A stretch of 64,000 nucleotides of DNA, from positions 27,683 to 91,682 of the forward strand of contig CAWJHU010000003.1 of the NCBI GenBank assembly GCA_963842815.1, read 5' to 3'. This document shows, one piece after another, positions 29,163 to 38,535 of the stretch. The translations under genes and the position numbers were made by a program. The DNA comes from Candidatus Nomurabacteria bacterium (GTDB lineage: Bacteria; Patescibacteriota; Minisyncoccia; Phycocordibacterales; UBA9973). How positions within the stretch are numbered: position 1 is the stretch's first letter; each line of letters starts with the position of its first letter. The notes beneath the pieces were generated by a model. That model worked only from the letters and a program-made list of their open reading frames with translations, was not told the origin of the DNA and ran no database searches.

Positions 29163-30625
29163 TTATTCTAAACTTTTAGGCCGCATGAGCGGGAAAAATT
29201 GAGTTTCGCGGATAGGCTTGTCCGCAAGGAAAGCAAAAAGCATTTCGCCAAAACCAAAACCGCAAGTTGGTGGCATCCCGTATTCAAGCATTTCCACAAA
29301 TTCCATGTCCGGCATCATTGCTTCTTTGTCCCCTTTATTTAAAAGTTCTTTTTGTACTTCAAATCTTTCCGCTTGATCAAGTGGATTATTCAATTCACTA
29401 TATCCGTTCCCTACTTCTGTCCCCGCAATAATTATTTGAAATCTTTCCGTAAGTTCCGAATTTTTGGGCATTGATTTTGAAAGTGGAGATACGAGTTTCG
29501 GATGCCCGATTAAAAACACGGGCCCCCAATTTGTTTTCGACAATGTTTCCAAAGAGTATCCACTAAACGTTCCATAGTGTCACCAACATAAACAATTTTT
29601 AAATTTTCCAGTTTCTCCTTTACTTCCTCAAAAGTAGTGTCTAACACATCTATACCCGTTTCTTTTTTTATGGTTTCTCGATAGTCAATTCTTTTCCATT
29701 TTTCTCCCAAATCAAATTTGTGTCCGCGAGTTTCAAAATTTGTTTTTCCAAAAACATCTAAGGCAATTTTTCTATAAAGCTCTTCTACTAGTTTCATTCC
29801 ATCTTCGTAATTTGCATAAGCCCAATAAAATTCCAGATTGGTAAATTCCTGCAAATGATTCGCGTCCGAACCCTCGTTTCTGTAGGCTCTGCCGATTTCA
29901 AAAGTTTTTGGAAATCCGGCAGCCATCAAGCGCTTCTGCCAAAGTTCCCCCACTGAAATGCGCAGATATAAAGGCAGTTTAAAATCTTCATTGTATGTTT
30001 TAAAGGGAGTGGCTTCAGCCCCACCGGTGGTTATTTCCAAACTCGGCGTCTCCACTTCCAAAAATCCATGCTCTTTCATAAACGCACGGGTTGTGTCCCA
30101 GAATTTTGTTTTCTTCAGGAGAAGTTCTTTTGCTTCGGGGTCCATCAAAATATCCAAATATCTTTTTCGGAATCTCTCTTCGGTATCCTGTAAACCATGC
30201 CATTTTTCCGGCAATGGAAGCAGGCTTTTTGATAAAATATTCCAGTCTTTTACTTCTACGGTTTTCTCCCCTCTCTTGGTAGCAAAAAAACTTCCTGAAA
30301 CTTCCACAAAGTCTCCGATGTCCACCACTTCATTAAAAAAATCAAATTTCTGGTCTCCCAAAATATCTTTTTTAAGCAGAGCTTGAAAATGCGCCGTTCC
30401 GTCATTTAAAGTAATGAAAACGATGGCCCCTTGGCCGCGGATGGACATTATTCTGCCGGCAATCCATTTCGTCTCTTTGTTTTTTTCTATTTTTTCAAAA
30501 CTATCAATGGCTTCCTGAAGGGAAATTTCTCTTTTGGATTCTGCCGGATACGGATTTAGTCCCTTGTCCTGCAAGAGTTTGAGTTTTTTTATTCTGGTGT
30601 CCCTAATTTCATCAATGGAAGACAT
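29163..30625 (-). CDS. lysS: Lysine--tRNA ligase (class II), one frameshift at GGGCCCCC near 29510-29520 (pieces 29510-30625 and 29163-29552)
   Basis: N-terminal OB anticodon-binding domain, class II motifs, and C-terminal GYSELNNPLDQ...GMPPTCGFGFG in the second frame. Confidence 0.8.
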
Positions 30626-30650
30626 TTTATTTTATCCCGCCGTGGCGGTG

Positions 30651-31120
30651 ATTAAGACACGTCTATAATTTTATAATTTACTTCCCCATTCGGAGTCTTA
30701 AATGAAACATTTTCTCCTTTCTTTTTTCCGAAAAGCGCCTGTCCAAACGGAGAGCGATTGGAAATTTTTCTCTAAAGCCATGTCTGCTTCCTCGGAACCC
30801 ACTATCTGATATTTTCTTTCTTTGGTTTCCCCTTCCTTTATTACTATGACCTTTGAGCCGATTTCTATTTCTTCTCCCCCTCCTCCGGATGCCACCTGAG
30901 AGGAACGCAGAATTTGTTCTATTTTTGCAATGCGTTCTTCCAGCTTGCCCTGTTCTTCGCGGGTCTGATGATATTCCGCATTTTCAGACAAATCGCCCAA
31001 GGATTTTGCGTATTCCAAATTCTCCAGAATTTCTTTTCTTTTTGGGCCTTTTAACTCTTTCAATTCGGCTTCCAGGGCTTTTCTTTTTTCTTCGGTTATA
31101 TAATCTCCCGCTTGTTTCAT
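30651..31120 (-). CDS. greA: Transcription elongation factor GreA, C-terminal frameshift at an A-run near 30745
   Basis: N-terminal coiled coil. The correct C-terminus KISNRSPFGQALFGKKKGENVSFKTPNGEVNYKIIDVS is in an alternate frame to the annotated ORF end. Confidence 0.8.
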
Positions 31121-31201
31121 AATTTAAATCTTAGTCTTTTTTTGCGAAAAAGTCAAAATTGCAAAAACTTGCTAAACACTATTTATGATAGTCTATTTCA
31201 T

Positions 31202-31432
31202 ATGGCAAAAACAGTAATTGAAGTAAGTAAAAACGGAAATGAAAATAACGCGAGTGTCTTGCGCCGTTTTTCCCGCAGGATTCAAGAATCAAACATCATT
31301 CAAAAAGTAAGGTTCCCGCTATAACAAAAGAAAAGAATCAAAACTCAAAATTAAAAAGAGTACTTTAAAAGAATTTGGAACGAAGACGAGAAATAGAAAA
31401 ACTCCGCAAACTGGGCAAAATAAAATAAAATG
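31202..31432 (+). CDS. rpsU: 30S ribosomal protein S21, probable single frameshift near 31311-31316
   Basis: MAKTVIEVSKNGNENNASVLRRFSRRIQESNIIQKVR (bS21 N-terminal pattern V.V..NE...ALRRF.R), then a basic tail RYNKRKESKLKIKK... in the adjacent frame. Confidence 0.45.
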
Positions 31433-31472
31433 AGAAAATTTTTGTTAAAGAAAATAAAATCGAGGACATATC

Positions 31473-31760
31473 TTGGGTAAGAAATATTCTTTGTCCATTG
31501 CCTACCTGAGCGAAAAAAAAATCAGGGAAATAAATAAAAAATATAGGAACATAGATAAATCCACCAATGTTTTTCTTTCGCTCTGCATAAAAATGCCGGA
31601 GAAATTCATTCTGTGTAAAAGCGTAATCAAGAAACAGCGAAAAAATTCGGCAGAACATTTCCGCAATTATTGGGCTTTTTGGTTATCCACGGAATGCTTC
31701 ATTTGAAAGGAATGGAACATGGGAGTATAATGGAGAAAGCGGAAGACAAATATGATCAGA
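31473..31760 (+). CDS. ybeY: Endoribonuclease YbeY, at least one frameshift near 31672-31680
   Basis: LSEKKIREINKKYRNIDKSTNVFLSL matches the YbeY pattern, and the catalytic HGMLHLKGMEHG motif is found in a second frame. The 3' end is uncertain and overlaps the ftsA start. Confidence 0.6.
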
Positions 31761-32915
31761 AATATTTCCATAGGAATAGACATGGGGTCTACCACCACCA
31801 GAATCGTAGTGGGAGAATTTCTAAAAGGAGAAAAAAATCCTAAAATTATTGGCATAGGAGAAAGCGAAACAAAAGGAATCCGGCACGGATATGTTGTGGA
31901 CGTGGCTGAAGCGGTAATTTCATTGAAAAATGCTCTGACCATGGCGGAAAGAAATTCGGGTATAAAAATAAAACATGCTTTTGTTTCTATCGGTGGCGTG
32001 ACTTTGCGCGGAGATATAAGCAGTGGAGTAGGAATTATTTCCAAGGCGGACGGCGAAGTGACTAGTTTGGATATAAATAAGGCGCTGCAAGATTGCGAAG
32101 ATAATTTAAATTTGAATAATAAAAAAATAATTAAAATATTTCCCATTTCTTTCAAGCTTGACGGTAAAGAAATTCTCGGCCGGCCGGAAGGCATGCGGGG
32201 AACAAAGCTTGAAATTAAAGCTCTTTTTGCCACCTGTTCCCTTTCGCATTTTGAAGATTTGTTGGAAGTCATAACTCTGGCCGGCATAGAACCTATGGAT
32301 GTTATCGCTTCTCCGGAAGCCGGAAGCCATATAGCTTTGTCTGAAAAGCAAAAAATAGTGGGAGGGGCCTTGGTCAATATTGGCTCCGAAACGGTTTCCC
32401 TTTCGGTTTTTGAAAATGGAATTCTTGTGTCGCTCCACACATTTTCCATTGGCGGAGCGGATATTACCAATGACATTGCTCTGGGAATGAAAGTTTCACT
32501 GGAAAATGCGGAACGCTTTAAGCTCGGAAATATGGGAGAAGATTTTTCCAAGAAAAAATTAGATGAAATTGTTGAGGCGCGCCTTTCCGATATTTTTGAA
32601 TTGATAGAAAATCATTTAAAAAAAATAAAACGAAATGAACTGCTACCGGCGGGTGTCGTGTTCATCGGAGGAAGTGCAAATATTCCCTTGCTTGAAGAGT
32701 ATTCAAAAATTGCTCTGAAACTTCCTTCCAGAACAGGGAGCACGGAAATTTTTGGCAACATAAAAACAAAACTCCGCGACCCCGCTTGGTTTACCGCCCT
32801 GGGTCTTATTATGTCCGACGATGATGGTAATTTTCATTCCGAAGGCCTGTTTCAAAATTTTTTCAGAAACCTAAAAAGAATAGCCAAATCAAATATAAAA
32901 CAGCTGATGCCCTAA
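31752..32915 (+). CDS. ftsA: Cell division protein FtsA
   Basis: Actin-fold N-terminus IGIDMGSTTTRIVVGE; 387 aa; directly upstream of ftsZ. Confidence 0.85.
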   Translation: MIRNISIGIDMGSTTTRIVVGEFLKGEKNPKIIGIGESETKGIRHGYVVDVAEAVISLKNALTMAERNSGIKIKHAFVSIGGVTLRGDISSGVGIISKADGEVTSLDINKALQDCEDNLNLNNKKIIKIFPISFKLDGKEILGRPEGMRGTKLEIKALFATCSLSHFEDLLEVITLAGIEPMDVIASPEAGSHIALSEKQKIVGGALVNIGSETVSLSVFENGILVSLHTFSIGGADITNDIALGMKVSLENAERFKLGNMGEDFSKKKLDEIVEARLSDIFELIENHLKKIKRNELLPAGVVFIGGSANIPLLEEYSKIALKLPSRTGSTEIFGNIKTKLRDPAWFTALGLIMSDDDGNFHSEGLFQNFFRNLKRIAKSNIKQLMP

Positions 32916-33025
32916 AAAAACAGATTTTGGCCAAAAGACTTTGGGCTTTGCTTTTTTTTAATTTCTGCTATTATAGGGGGTATATAAATAATTCAACCCA
33001 CGCCTTTGGCGGGGCAAGTAAATGT

Positions 33026-34204
33026 ATGCCTAAATTAAACCCTGAAATAGAAAGTTTTGCTCGCATTATGGTCATCGGAATAGGAGGGTCCGGGAAAAAT
33101 GCTGTTAACCATATGATTAATTCCAGGGTTAAAGGAGTGACATTTATTTGCATGAATACTGACACCCAGGATTTGCATCATTCTCTGGCTGAGAAAAAAA
33201 TTCATATCGGAAAAAATCTTACCAAAGGTCTCGGGGCCGGAATGAATCCGGAAATCGGAAAGAAGGCTGCCGAAGAAACAAAATCCGAAATTCAGGATGT
33301 GATGAAAGGAGCTGATATGATTTTCGTCGCCTGCGGAATGGGCGGAGGGACAGGTACGGGCGCAGCCCCCATTGTCGCTCGCGCAGCCAAAGAACAAGGA
33401 ATTTTGACCGTTGCCGTGGTTACCAAACCTTTCTTTTTTGAAGGGAACCACCGAATGAAAATTGCCGAAAAAGGAATTGAAGAGTTGGCCAAAGAAGTGG
33501 ATGCTATTATTGTTATTCCAAATGATAAATTAATACAGCTGGCTGATAAAAATACGAATTTTAGAGATGCTTTCGCCAGTTGCGATAATGTTTTGCGTCA
33601 AGCGGTGGAAGGTATTTCAGACCTTATTACCATTCCGGGCATTATAAATGTTGATTTTGCGGATATCAGGGCGGTTATGTCGGATGCCGGCAGCGCGCTG
33701 ATGGGCATAGGTCTTGCTTCCGGAGACGGTCGCGCCTCAAAGGCAGCCCTTCAGGCCATCAATTCTCCCCTTTTGGAGGTTTCAATCAATGGCGCCAAGG
33801 GCGTACTCTTTGCCATTTCCGGCGGAGATGACGTGACTATTCATGAGATTCAGGAGGCGGCTAAAATAATTACGGAATCCATAGACAAAGATGCCAAAGT
33901 AATTTTCGGTACCATCAGAGATGAAAAATTAAAAAAGGGCGAATTGAAAGTAACAGTTATTGCCACCAGTTTTGCCAATGAAACACCTCGTAAAAATCTT
34001 TTCAGCGGAACCTCTATTTTAAATCAAACATTATTGAAGGAAGAAAATGCGGCCAAGGCCGTGAAAGAAATACACAATACTATTCAAAATTCAAATATAA
34101 ATAATAAAGATAAAAAAAAGGAGATTCCAGAAGAAATAATTATAGATGATGATACTGAGGATTGGAGCGCTGTGCCGGCTTTTTTGAGACGCAAGAAAAA
34201 TTAA
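33026..34204 (+). CDS. ftsZ: Cell division protein FtsZ
   Basis: Tubulin signature GGGTGTGAAPIVA. The start is placed at MPKLNPEIE (33026) rather than the upstream ATG at 32927. Confidence 0.9.
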   Translation: MPKLNPEIESFARIMVIGIGGSGKNAVNHMINSRVKGVTFICMNTDTQDLHHSLAEKKIHIGKNLTKGLGAGMNPEIGKKAAEETKSEIQDVMKGADMIFVACGMGGGTGTGAAPIVARAAKEQGILTVAVVTKPFFFEGNHRMKIAEKGIEELAKEVDAIIVIPNDKLIQLADKNTNFRDAFASCDNVLRQAVEGISDLITIPGIINVDFADIRAVMSDAGSALMGIGLASGDGRASKAALQAINSPLLEVSINGAKGVLFAISGGDDVTIHEIQEAAKIITESIDKDAKVIFGTIRDEKLKKGELKVTVIATSFANETPRKNLFSGTSILNQTLLKEENAAKAVKEIHNTIQNSNINNKDKKKEIPEEIIIDDDTEDWSAVPAFLRRKKN

Positions 34205-34232
34205 GGCTGGACAGGTATGTTATAATATCTAA

Positions 34233-35159
34233 ATGACTTACGATTTAATAATTATCGGAGGAGGGCCGGCCGGCGCGGCAGCTGCCGTGTATGCTTCCCG
34301 TAAAAGACTAAAAACTCTGTTCATAACCAAAGAATGGGGCGGACAATCCGTCGTGTCTGAAAAAATTTTTAATTGGATTGGTACTCCATCCATTTCCGGA
34401 GCAGAACTTGCCAATAATCTCAAAAGCCATGTTATGGCAAATACCGGAGAATATTTGGAAATTAAAGAAGGATTAGTGGCAAATGTCGTCGGGTATCCAA
34501 CGCCCGAATTTAAGGTAAAAATAGATTCAGGGGAAGAGTTCTCAACCAAGACAATTTTAATCGCCACCGGCAGCGGGCGCAGAAAACTGGAAGCAAAAAA
34601 CGCGGATAAATTTGAAAATAAAGGTCTTACCTATTGCGCATCCTGCGATGGTCCCCTTTTTGCGGATATGGATGTGGCCGTTATCGGCGGAGGCAATGCT
34701 GCTTTTGAAAGCGCAGCTCAACTTTTGGCCTATTGTAAATCTGTAACTCTTCTGCACCGAAGTGAAAAATTCCGCGCCGATGAAATTACCGTTGAAAAAG
34801 TCTTGGAAAATCCAAAAATGAAAGCAGTAAAAAATATTGACATTTTAGAAGTAAAAGGCGATAAATTCGTGGAAGGAATAATTTACAAAGATAAAATTAC
34901 CGGGAAAGAAACTGAATTGAAAGTTTCCGGCATTTTTGTGGAAATTGGGCAGATTCCGAATACTTCTTTTGTAAAAAATCTTGTCCCGCTGGATGAAATC
35001 GGACGCATTAAAATAAATCCCCTAAATCAAAAAACAGAAGTTCCCGGCATCTGGGCTGCCGGAGATTGTACCACTGTTTTATATCATCAAAATAACATCG
35101 CCGCCGGCGACGCCGTTCGCGCGCTGGAAGATATTTATCTGGCTATTCATACGAAATAA
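34233..35159 (+). CDS. trxB: Thioredoxin-disulfide reductase
   Basis: FAD motif IIIGGGPAGAAAA, redox CASCDG, and NADPH motif GGGNAA. Confidence 0.9.
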   Translation: MTYDLIIIGGGPAGAAAAVYASRKRLKTLFITKEWGGQSVVSEKIFNWIGTPSISGAELANNLKSHVMANTGEYLEIKEGLVANVVGYPTPEFKVKIDSGEEFSTKTILIATGSGRRKLEAKNADKFENKGLTYCASCDGPLFADMDVAVIGGGNAAFESAAQLLAYCKSVTLLHRSEKFRADEITVEKVLENPKMKAVKNIDILEVKGDKFVEGIIYKDKITGKETELKVSGIFVEIGQIPNTSFVKNLVPLDEIGRIKINPLNQKTEVPGIWAAGDCTTVLYHQNNIAAGDAVRALEDIYLAIHTK

Positions 35160-35162
35160 AGT

Positions 35163-35192
35163 TTGACAAAATGGGCTTTTAAATGCTATAAT
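35163..35192 (+). promoter_or_regulatory. Sigma70-like promoter TTGACA-N18-TATAAT
   Basis: TTGACA at 35163-35168 and TATAAT at 35187-35192. Confidence 0.45.
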
Positions 35193-35243
35193 TTTAGCAT
35201 ATAAGTCCTTCGTCATCATTCACTCTTTTTTGGGAGAAATATT

Positions 35244-35405
35244 ATGGTTATGGGAAAACAAAAAACTTTGCCATTATTTCTTTCAATAATGGCTTTTCTG
35301 ATTTATAGTTTAGGTTCAGAGATTACTAGCGTTCAAAAAATTGTTATAATAGTGTTTATAATAGGTTCTATCCTATTATATTTATATTCATATTTAAACT
35401 TTTAA
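35244..35405 (+). CDS. Hypothetical 53-aa membrane peptide
   Basis: MVMGKQKTLPLFLSIMAFLIYSLGSEITSVQKIVIIVFIIGSILLYLYSYLNF; two predicted TM segments; RBS GGGAGA. Confidence 0.3.
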   Translation: MVMGKQKTLPLFLSIMAFLIYSLGSEITSVQKIVIIVFIIGSILLYLYSYLNF

Positions 35406-35421
35406 AAACAAAGGAGGTCCT

Positions 35422-35562
35422 TTGAAAAAAGAAAAAGATTTTTCGAGCCTAAAATATTTGATAAAAGTCGCCTTGGGGAGTGTTTTGGGGTTTTATTTTA
35501 TCCGAACAGTACAAGATGTATTGGTGTACTTAAAGGATTTTATGTTAAATAAAAAACAGTAA
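35422..35562 (+). CDS. Hypothetical 46-aa peptide (TTG start)
   Basis: AAGGAGG lies 5 nt upstream of TTG. Sequence LKKEKDFSSLKYLIKVALGSVLGFYFIRTVQDVLVYLKDFMLNKKQ. Confidence 0.25.
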   Translation: MKKEKDFSSLKYLIKVALGSVLGFYFIRTVQDVLVYLKDFMLNKKQ

Positions 35563-35633
35563 AACTCGGCTACACGTAACATTGTGTTTCCGGGTTTTTA
35601 TTTTGCAAAAAATATTCTATAATTCATTTATAT

Positions 35634-36377
35634 ATGACGAAAATCACTATTGCTGCCATTAATCTCCAATCCGGTGTGGCCACCACCAAAGGCAATTTTT
35701 ATTATGCATTGACTGCTTGGAAATACTGGCTTCCCCATTCACACAAACCCATCTGTGAAGCTGGAAAAATGTTAAAAAGAGAAAATGTAGATATTGCCTG
35801 CATTACGGAAATATCCGAAAAATCTTTACGAACAGGTTTTCGTTCACAAACAGAAACTTTTGCCCAGAACGCCGAAATGAAAAATACGCATTTCTTTTCC
35901 TTACAGAAAATCGGAAAATTCTTTTTCCATGAAGGCAATGCTCTTGTTTCCAAATATCCAATCAGTGATGTCATCCATCACCCTCTCCATATTGAACTTC
36001 TGCGCATAGGACTGGAAGAAGCAACAGTAGAGATAGAAAATAAAAAGATAAGTGTTTTTATCGCTCACACAGCCTTGCTTCAAAGGAATCGGGAAATTCA
36101 AATTAAAGAAATTATTGAGATTATGAAAAGCAAAAAGGGTCCAATGATTCTGGCGGGCGATTTTAATGCAAGAAACCCTAAGGAACTTGATATTATTGCA
36201 AGGGAAACCATCCTGAAACAAAGATATACTTTAAAGACTTTTCCGTCCTGGAACCCTAAATATCCGCTTGATAATATTTTCTTAAGTGAGAAATTCACTG
36301 TGCTTGATTGTTATATTCCCAAAGGCATGCCTTTCTCGGACCATATGCCGTTGATAGTAAAAGCAGAATTGAAATAA
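35634..36377 (+). CDS. Endonuclease/exonuclease/phosphatase (EEP) family protein
   Basis: ACITEI...ILAGDFNARNP...FSDHMPLIV catalytic motif series. Confidence 0.7.
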   Translation: MTKITIAAINLQSGVATTKGNFYYALTAWKYWLPHSHKPICEAGKMLKRENVDIACITEISEKSLRTGFRSQTETFAQNAEMKNTHFFSLQKIGKFFFHEGNALVSKYPISDVIHHPLHIELLRIGLEEATVEIENKKISVFIAHTALLQRNREIQIKEIIEIMKSKKGPMILAGDFNARNPKELDIIARETILKQRYTLKTFPSWNPKYPLDNIFLSEKFTVLDCYIPKGMPFSDHMPLIVKAELK

Positions 36378-36380
36378 AAC

Positions 36381-36409
36381 TTGACAAAACTATTTGCTTC
36401 TGGTATACT
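36381..36409 (+). promoter_or_regulatory. Sigma70-like promoter TTGACA-N17-TATACT
   Basis: Upstream of the response regulator gene. Confidence 0.5.
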
Positions 36410-36465
36410 TGTGGAGAGTTTAAAATCCACTGTTCCTTTTAATTACAAAAGAAAGAGAAAAAGTC

Positions 36466-36831
36466 ATGCCTACCATTCTTGTAGTTGATGATGAAGTTGG
36501 GATACAGGATGTTCTTAGATTTCTTCTTGAAGATGAGGGCTATGAAGTGCTTCAGGCTAAAACTTTAGCCGAAGCAAGGGAGGTTTTTGATTCTCAAAAA
36601 TCCAAGATAGATGCTATTCTTCTGGATGGAATTATGGATTCAGGAAATACTACAGATCTTCTTTTGAACTATATGGTAAAAGAATCAGAATTTTCAAAAC
36701 CGGTAATAGCATTTTCCGGCGATGAAAAAACACGAAAAAAACAAGTCAAACTTGGTTGCCTCGATGAACTCGACAAAGCCTCGACAGCCGATGAGATTTC
36801 AAATTTTTTCAAAGTTTTGTTTCAAAAATAA
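36466..36831 (+). CDS. Stand-alone response regulator receiver domain (CheY-like)
   Basis: ILVVDDE...AILLDGIMDSG...KPVIAFSG; 121 aa; no output domain. Confidence 0.7.
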   Translation: MPTILVVDDEVGIQDVLRFLLEDEGYEVLQAKTLAEAREVFDSQKSKIDAILLDGIMDSGNTTDLLLNYMVKESEFSKPVIAFSGDEKTRKKQVKLGCLDELDKASTADEISNFFKVLFQK

Positions 36832-36889
36832 TAAAGAAAAAGTTTCCTTGCGAAGCCCCGCGCAATGTTGCACGAGGCTTTTTTATTTG

Positions 36890-36976
36890 CGGAGACGGTG
36901 AGATTTGAACTCACGATTGGGTTTCCCCAATGCCGGTTTTCGAAACCGGTGCCTTCAACCACTCAGCCACGTCTCC
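36890..36976 (-). tRNA. tRNA-Ser (anticodon CGA)
   Basis: The reverse complement GGAGACGTGGCTGAGTGGTTGAAGGCACCGGTTTCGAAAACCGGCATTGGGGAAACCCAATCGTGAGTTCAAATCTCACCGTCTCCG has a long variable arm. Confidence 0.85.
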
Positions 36977-37011
36977 TTTCTATTTCCACATCTCCGTGTT
37001 TATAATCTAAC

Positions 37012-37045
37012 ACTTTTTGCGATTTTTTCAAAAATAATATATTAT
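37012..37045 (+). promoter_or_regulatory. Promoter TTGCGA-N17-TATTAT for tRNA-Glu
   Basis: Lies in the divergent region between tRNA-Ser (minus) and tRNA-Glu (plus). Confidence 0.4.
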
Positions 37046-37055
37046 GAGATGCAAT

Positions 37056-37127
37056 GGCCCTATCGTCTAACGGTTAGGACATCGGCTTTTCAAGCCGGTA
37101 ATTCGGGTTCGATTCCCGGTAGGGTCA
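37056..37127 (+). tRNA. tRNA-Glu (anticodon UUC)
   Basis: GGCCCTATCGTCTAACGGTTAGGACATCGGCTTTTCAAGCCGGTAATTCGGGTTCGATTCCCGGTAGGGTCA. Confidence 0.85.
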
Positions 37128-37147
37128 CAAAACGCGCAAAGCAAATA

Positions 37148-37175
37148 AACTGCTTTTACGTAAGCAGTTTTTTTG
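37148..37175 (+). terminator. Rho-independent terminator
   Basis: AAACTGCTTTTACGTAAGCAGTTTTTTT. Confidence 0.55.
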
Positions 37176-37184
37176 TTGGGATTT

Positions 37185-37517
37185 TTATTTTACCGGCGTA
37201 GGGGTTGGGGCTGGGGTTGTTCCCCCATTTGCATTGCTAGGAATATTGTTGTAGTAATCATACCCGCGCATCATTCCATAATCATTTCTATTCATCATTC
37301 CGCGTCCATATGCTCCCCTGATGGAACCGGTAATTTCACCCAGCCTAAATCCGCACCAAAAGATAATTATAATGATGAAAAGTTTCAAAATGATTTTTAC
37401 AAGATGATGTTTCCCGCCATAAAATCCATGACCACCATGCATTCCACAGCAACATTTGCCCTGTGAGCAATCTTTGCATACATTATCTTCGGATTGTTTT
37501 TTATCTAAGTTTTCCAT
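37185..37517 (-). CDS. Hypothetical Cys/His/Gly-rich small membrane protein
   Basis: CKDCSQGKCCCGMHGGHGFYGGKHH, a TM helix, and a Gly/Met/Tyr-rich tail ending in TPAPTPTP. Confidence 0.35.
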   Translation of the reverse strand: MENLDKKQSEDNVCKDCSQGKCCCGMHGGHGFYGGKHHLVKIILKLFIIIIIFWCGFRLGEITGSIRGAYGRGMMNRNDYGMMRGYDYYNNIPSNANGGTTPAPTPTPVK

Positions 37518-37677
37518 ATTTATAAATTTTTATATTTATAATGTCGACCTATTTATAATTTGAAAGATATCATATTTCTATGAATTTTTCATGAAGACTA
37601 AAAAGTATAAAATCTCGCAAAATTTTATATAAAATGTTAATATATTCATACTTATCTGATTTTTAATAAAATTTTTT

Positions 37678-38430
37678 ATGAAAAACACCCAAATAATAAT
37701 ATTAGCCGGCGGGAAAGGAGTCCGGATGAAATCAGACGACCCGAAAGCGCTGGTGATGCTTAAAGATAAACCACTTATCAGGCATATTCTAGATACTATT
37801 TCCAGTTTGCAAATGCCAATCAAGCCAATAGTCGTGATATGCCACAAAAAAGAGCGCATAAAAGAGGTTTTAGGAAATAAGGATGTAATATATGCGGAGC
37901 AAGAAAGCCCGTTAGGAACAGGGCACGCCGTCGTCTCAGCTAGAAACAGCGTTTATCATGACCATAAAACAGTTTTGATATTGTCTTGCGACCAGCCCCT
38001 TATTTCAAAAGAAACAATTGAACGTTTATTGAAAAAACATAACGAAAAAAAACCGACCATAACCATAGCCACGGTACAGATGCCGGATTTTGAAGAGTGG
38101 AGGTCTGCTCTAAGGCATTTCGGCAGAATAATTCGCGGGAGCGACGGAACAGTAGAAAGCATAATTGAATTTAAAGACGCAACGGAAAAAGAAAAACTAG
38201 TCAAAGAGTTGAATCCGGCAGTATACGCCTTTGACGCGGATTGGCTTTGGAAAAATATTAGTCTGATAAAAAATGAAAACAGGCAGGGTGAATATTATTT
38301 GACCGACCTCATTAAAATAGCCCGTGATCAGGGTAAAAAAATTGAAGCGGTGCCGGTGGCAAATATTTTAGAGGGATTGCAACCCAATACCAGAGAAGAA
38401 CTTGAAATATTAGAGAAGCTTGCCTTATAA
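37678..38430 (+). CDS. Sugar-1-phosphate nucleotidyltransferase (GlmU N-terminal-like, no acetyltransferase domain)
   Basis: IIILAGGKGVRMKSDDPKALVMLKDKPLIRHILDTI matches the GlmU/RmlA pyrophosphorylase signature; 250 aa. Confidence 0.7.
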   Translation: MKNTQIIILAGGKGVRMKSDDPKALVMLKDKPLIRHILDTISSLQMPIKPIVVICHKKERIKEVLGNKDVIYAEQESPLGTGHAVVSARNSVYHDHKTVLILSCDQPLISKETIERLLKKHNEKKPTITIATVQMPDFEEWRSALRHFGRIIRGSDGTVESIIEFKDATEKEKLVKELNPAVYAFDADWLWKNISLIKNENRQGEYYLTDLIKIARDQGKKIEAVPVANILEGLQPNTREELEILEKLAL

Positions 38431-38461
38431 TCAAATTATTGTATTGTTCTTAATAAATAAT

Positions 38462-38534
38462 GCGCGGTTAGCTCAGTTGGTAGAGCATCCCCTTGACGTG
38501 GGGAGGGTCACAGGTTCGAGTCCTGTATCGCGCA
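38462..38534 (+). tRNA. tRNA-Val (anticodon GAC)
   Basis: GCGCGGTTAGCTCAGTTGGTAGAGCATCCCCTTGACGTGGGGAGGGTCACAGGTTCGAGTCCTGTATCGCGCA. Confidence 0.85.
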
Positions 38535-38535
38535 C

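Noticed and set aside
32927-33025. 99 nt N-terminal extension of ftsZ in the ORF track
   Set aside because: It is hydrophobic, non-conserved sequence. The canonical FtsZ N-terminus begins at the internal Met (MPKLNPEIE).
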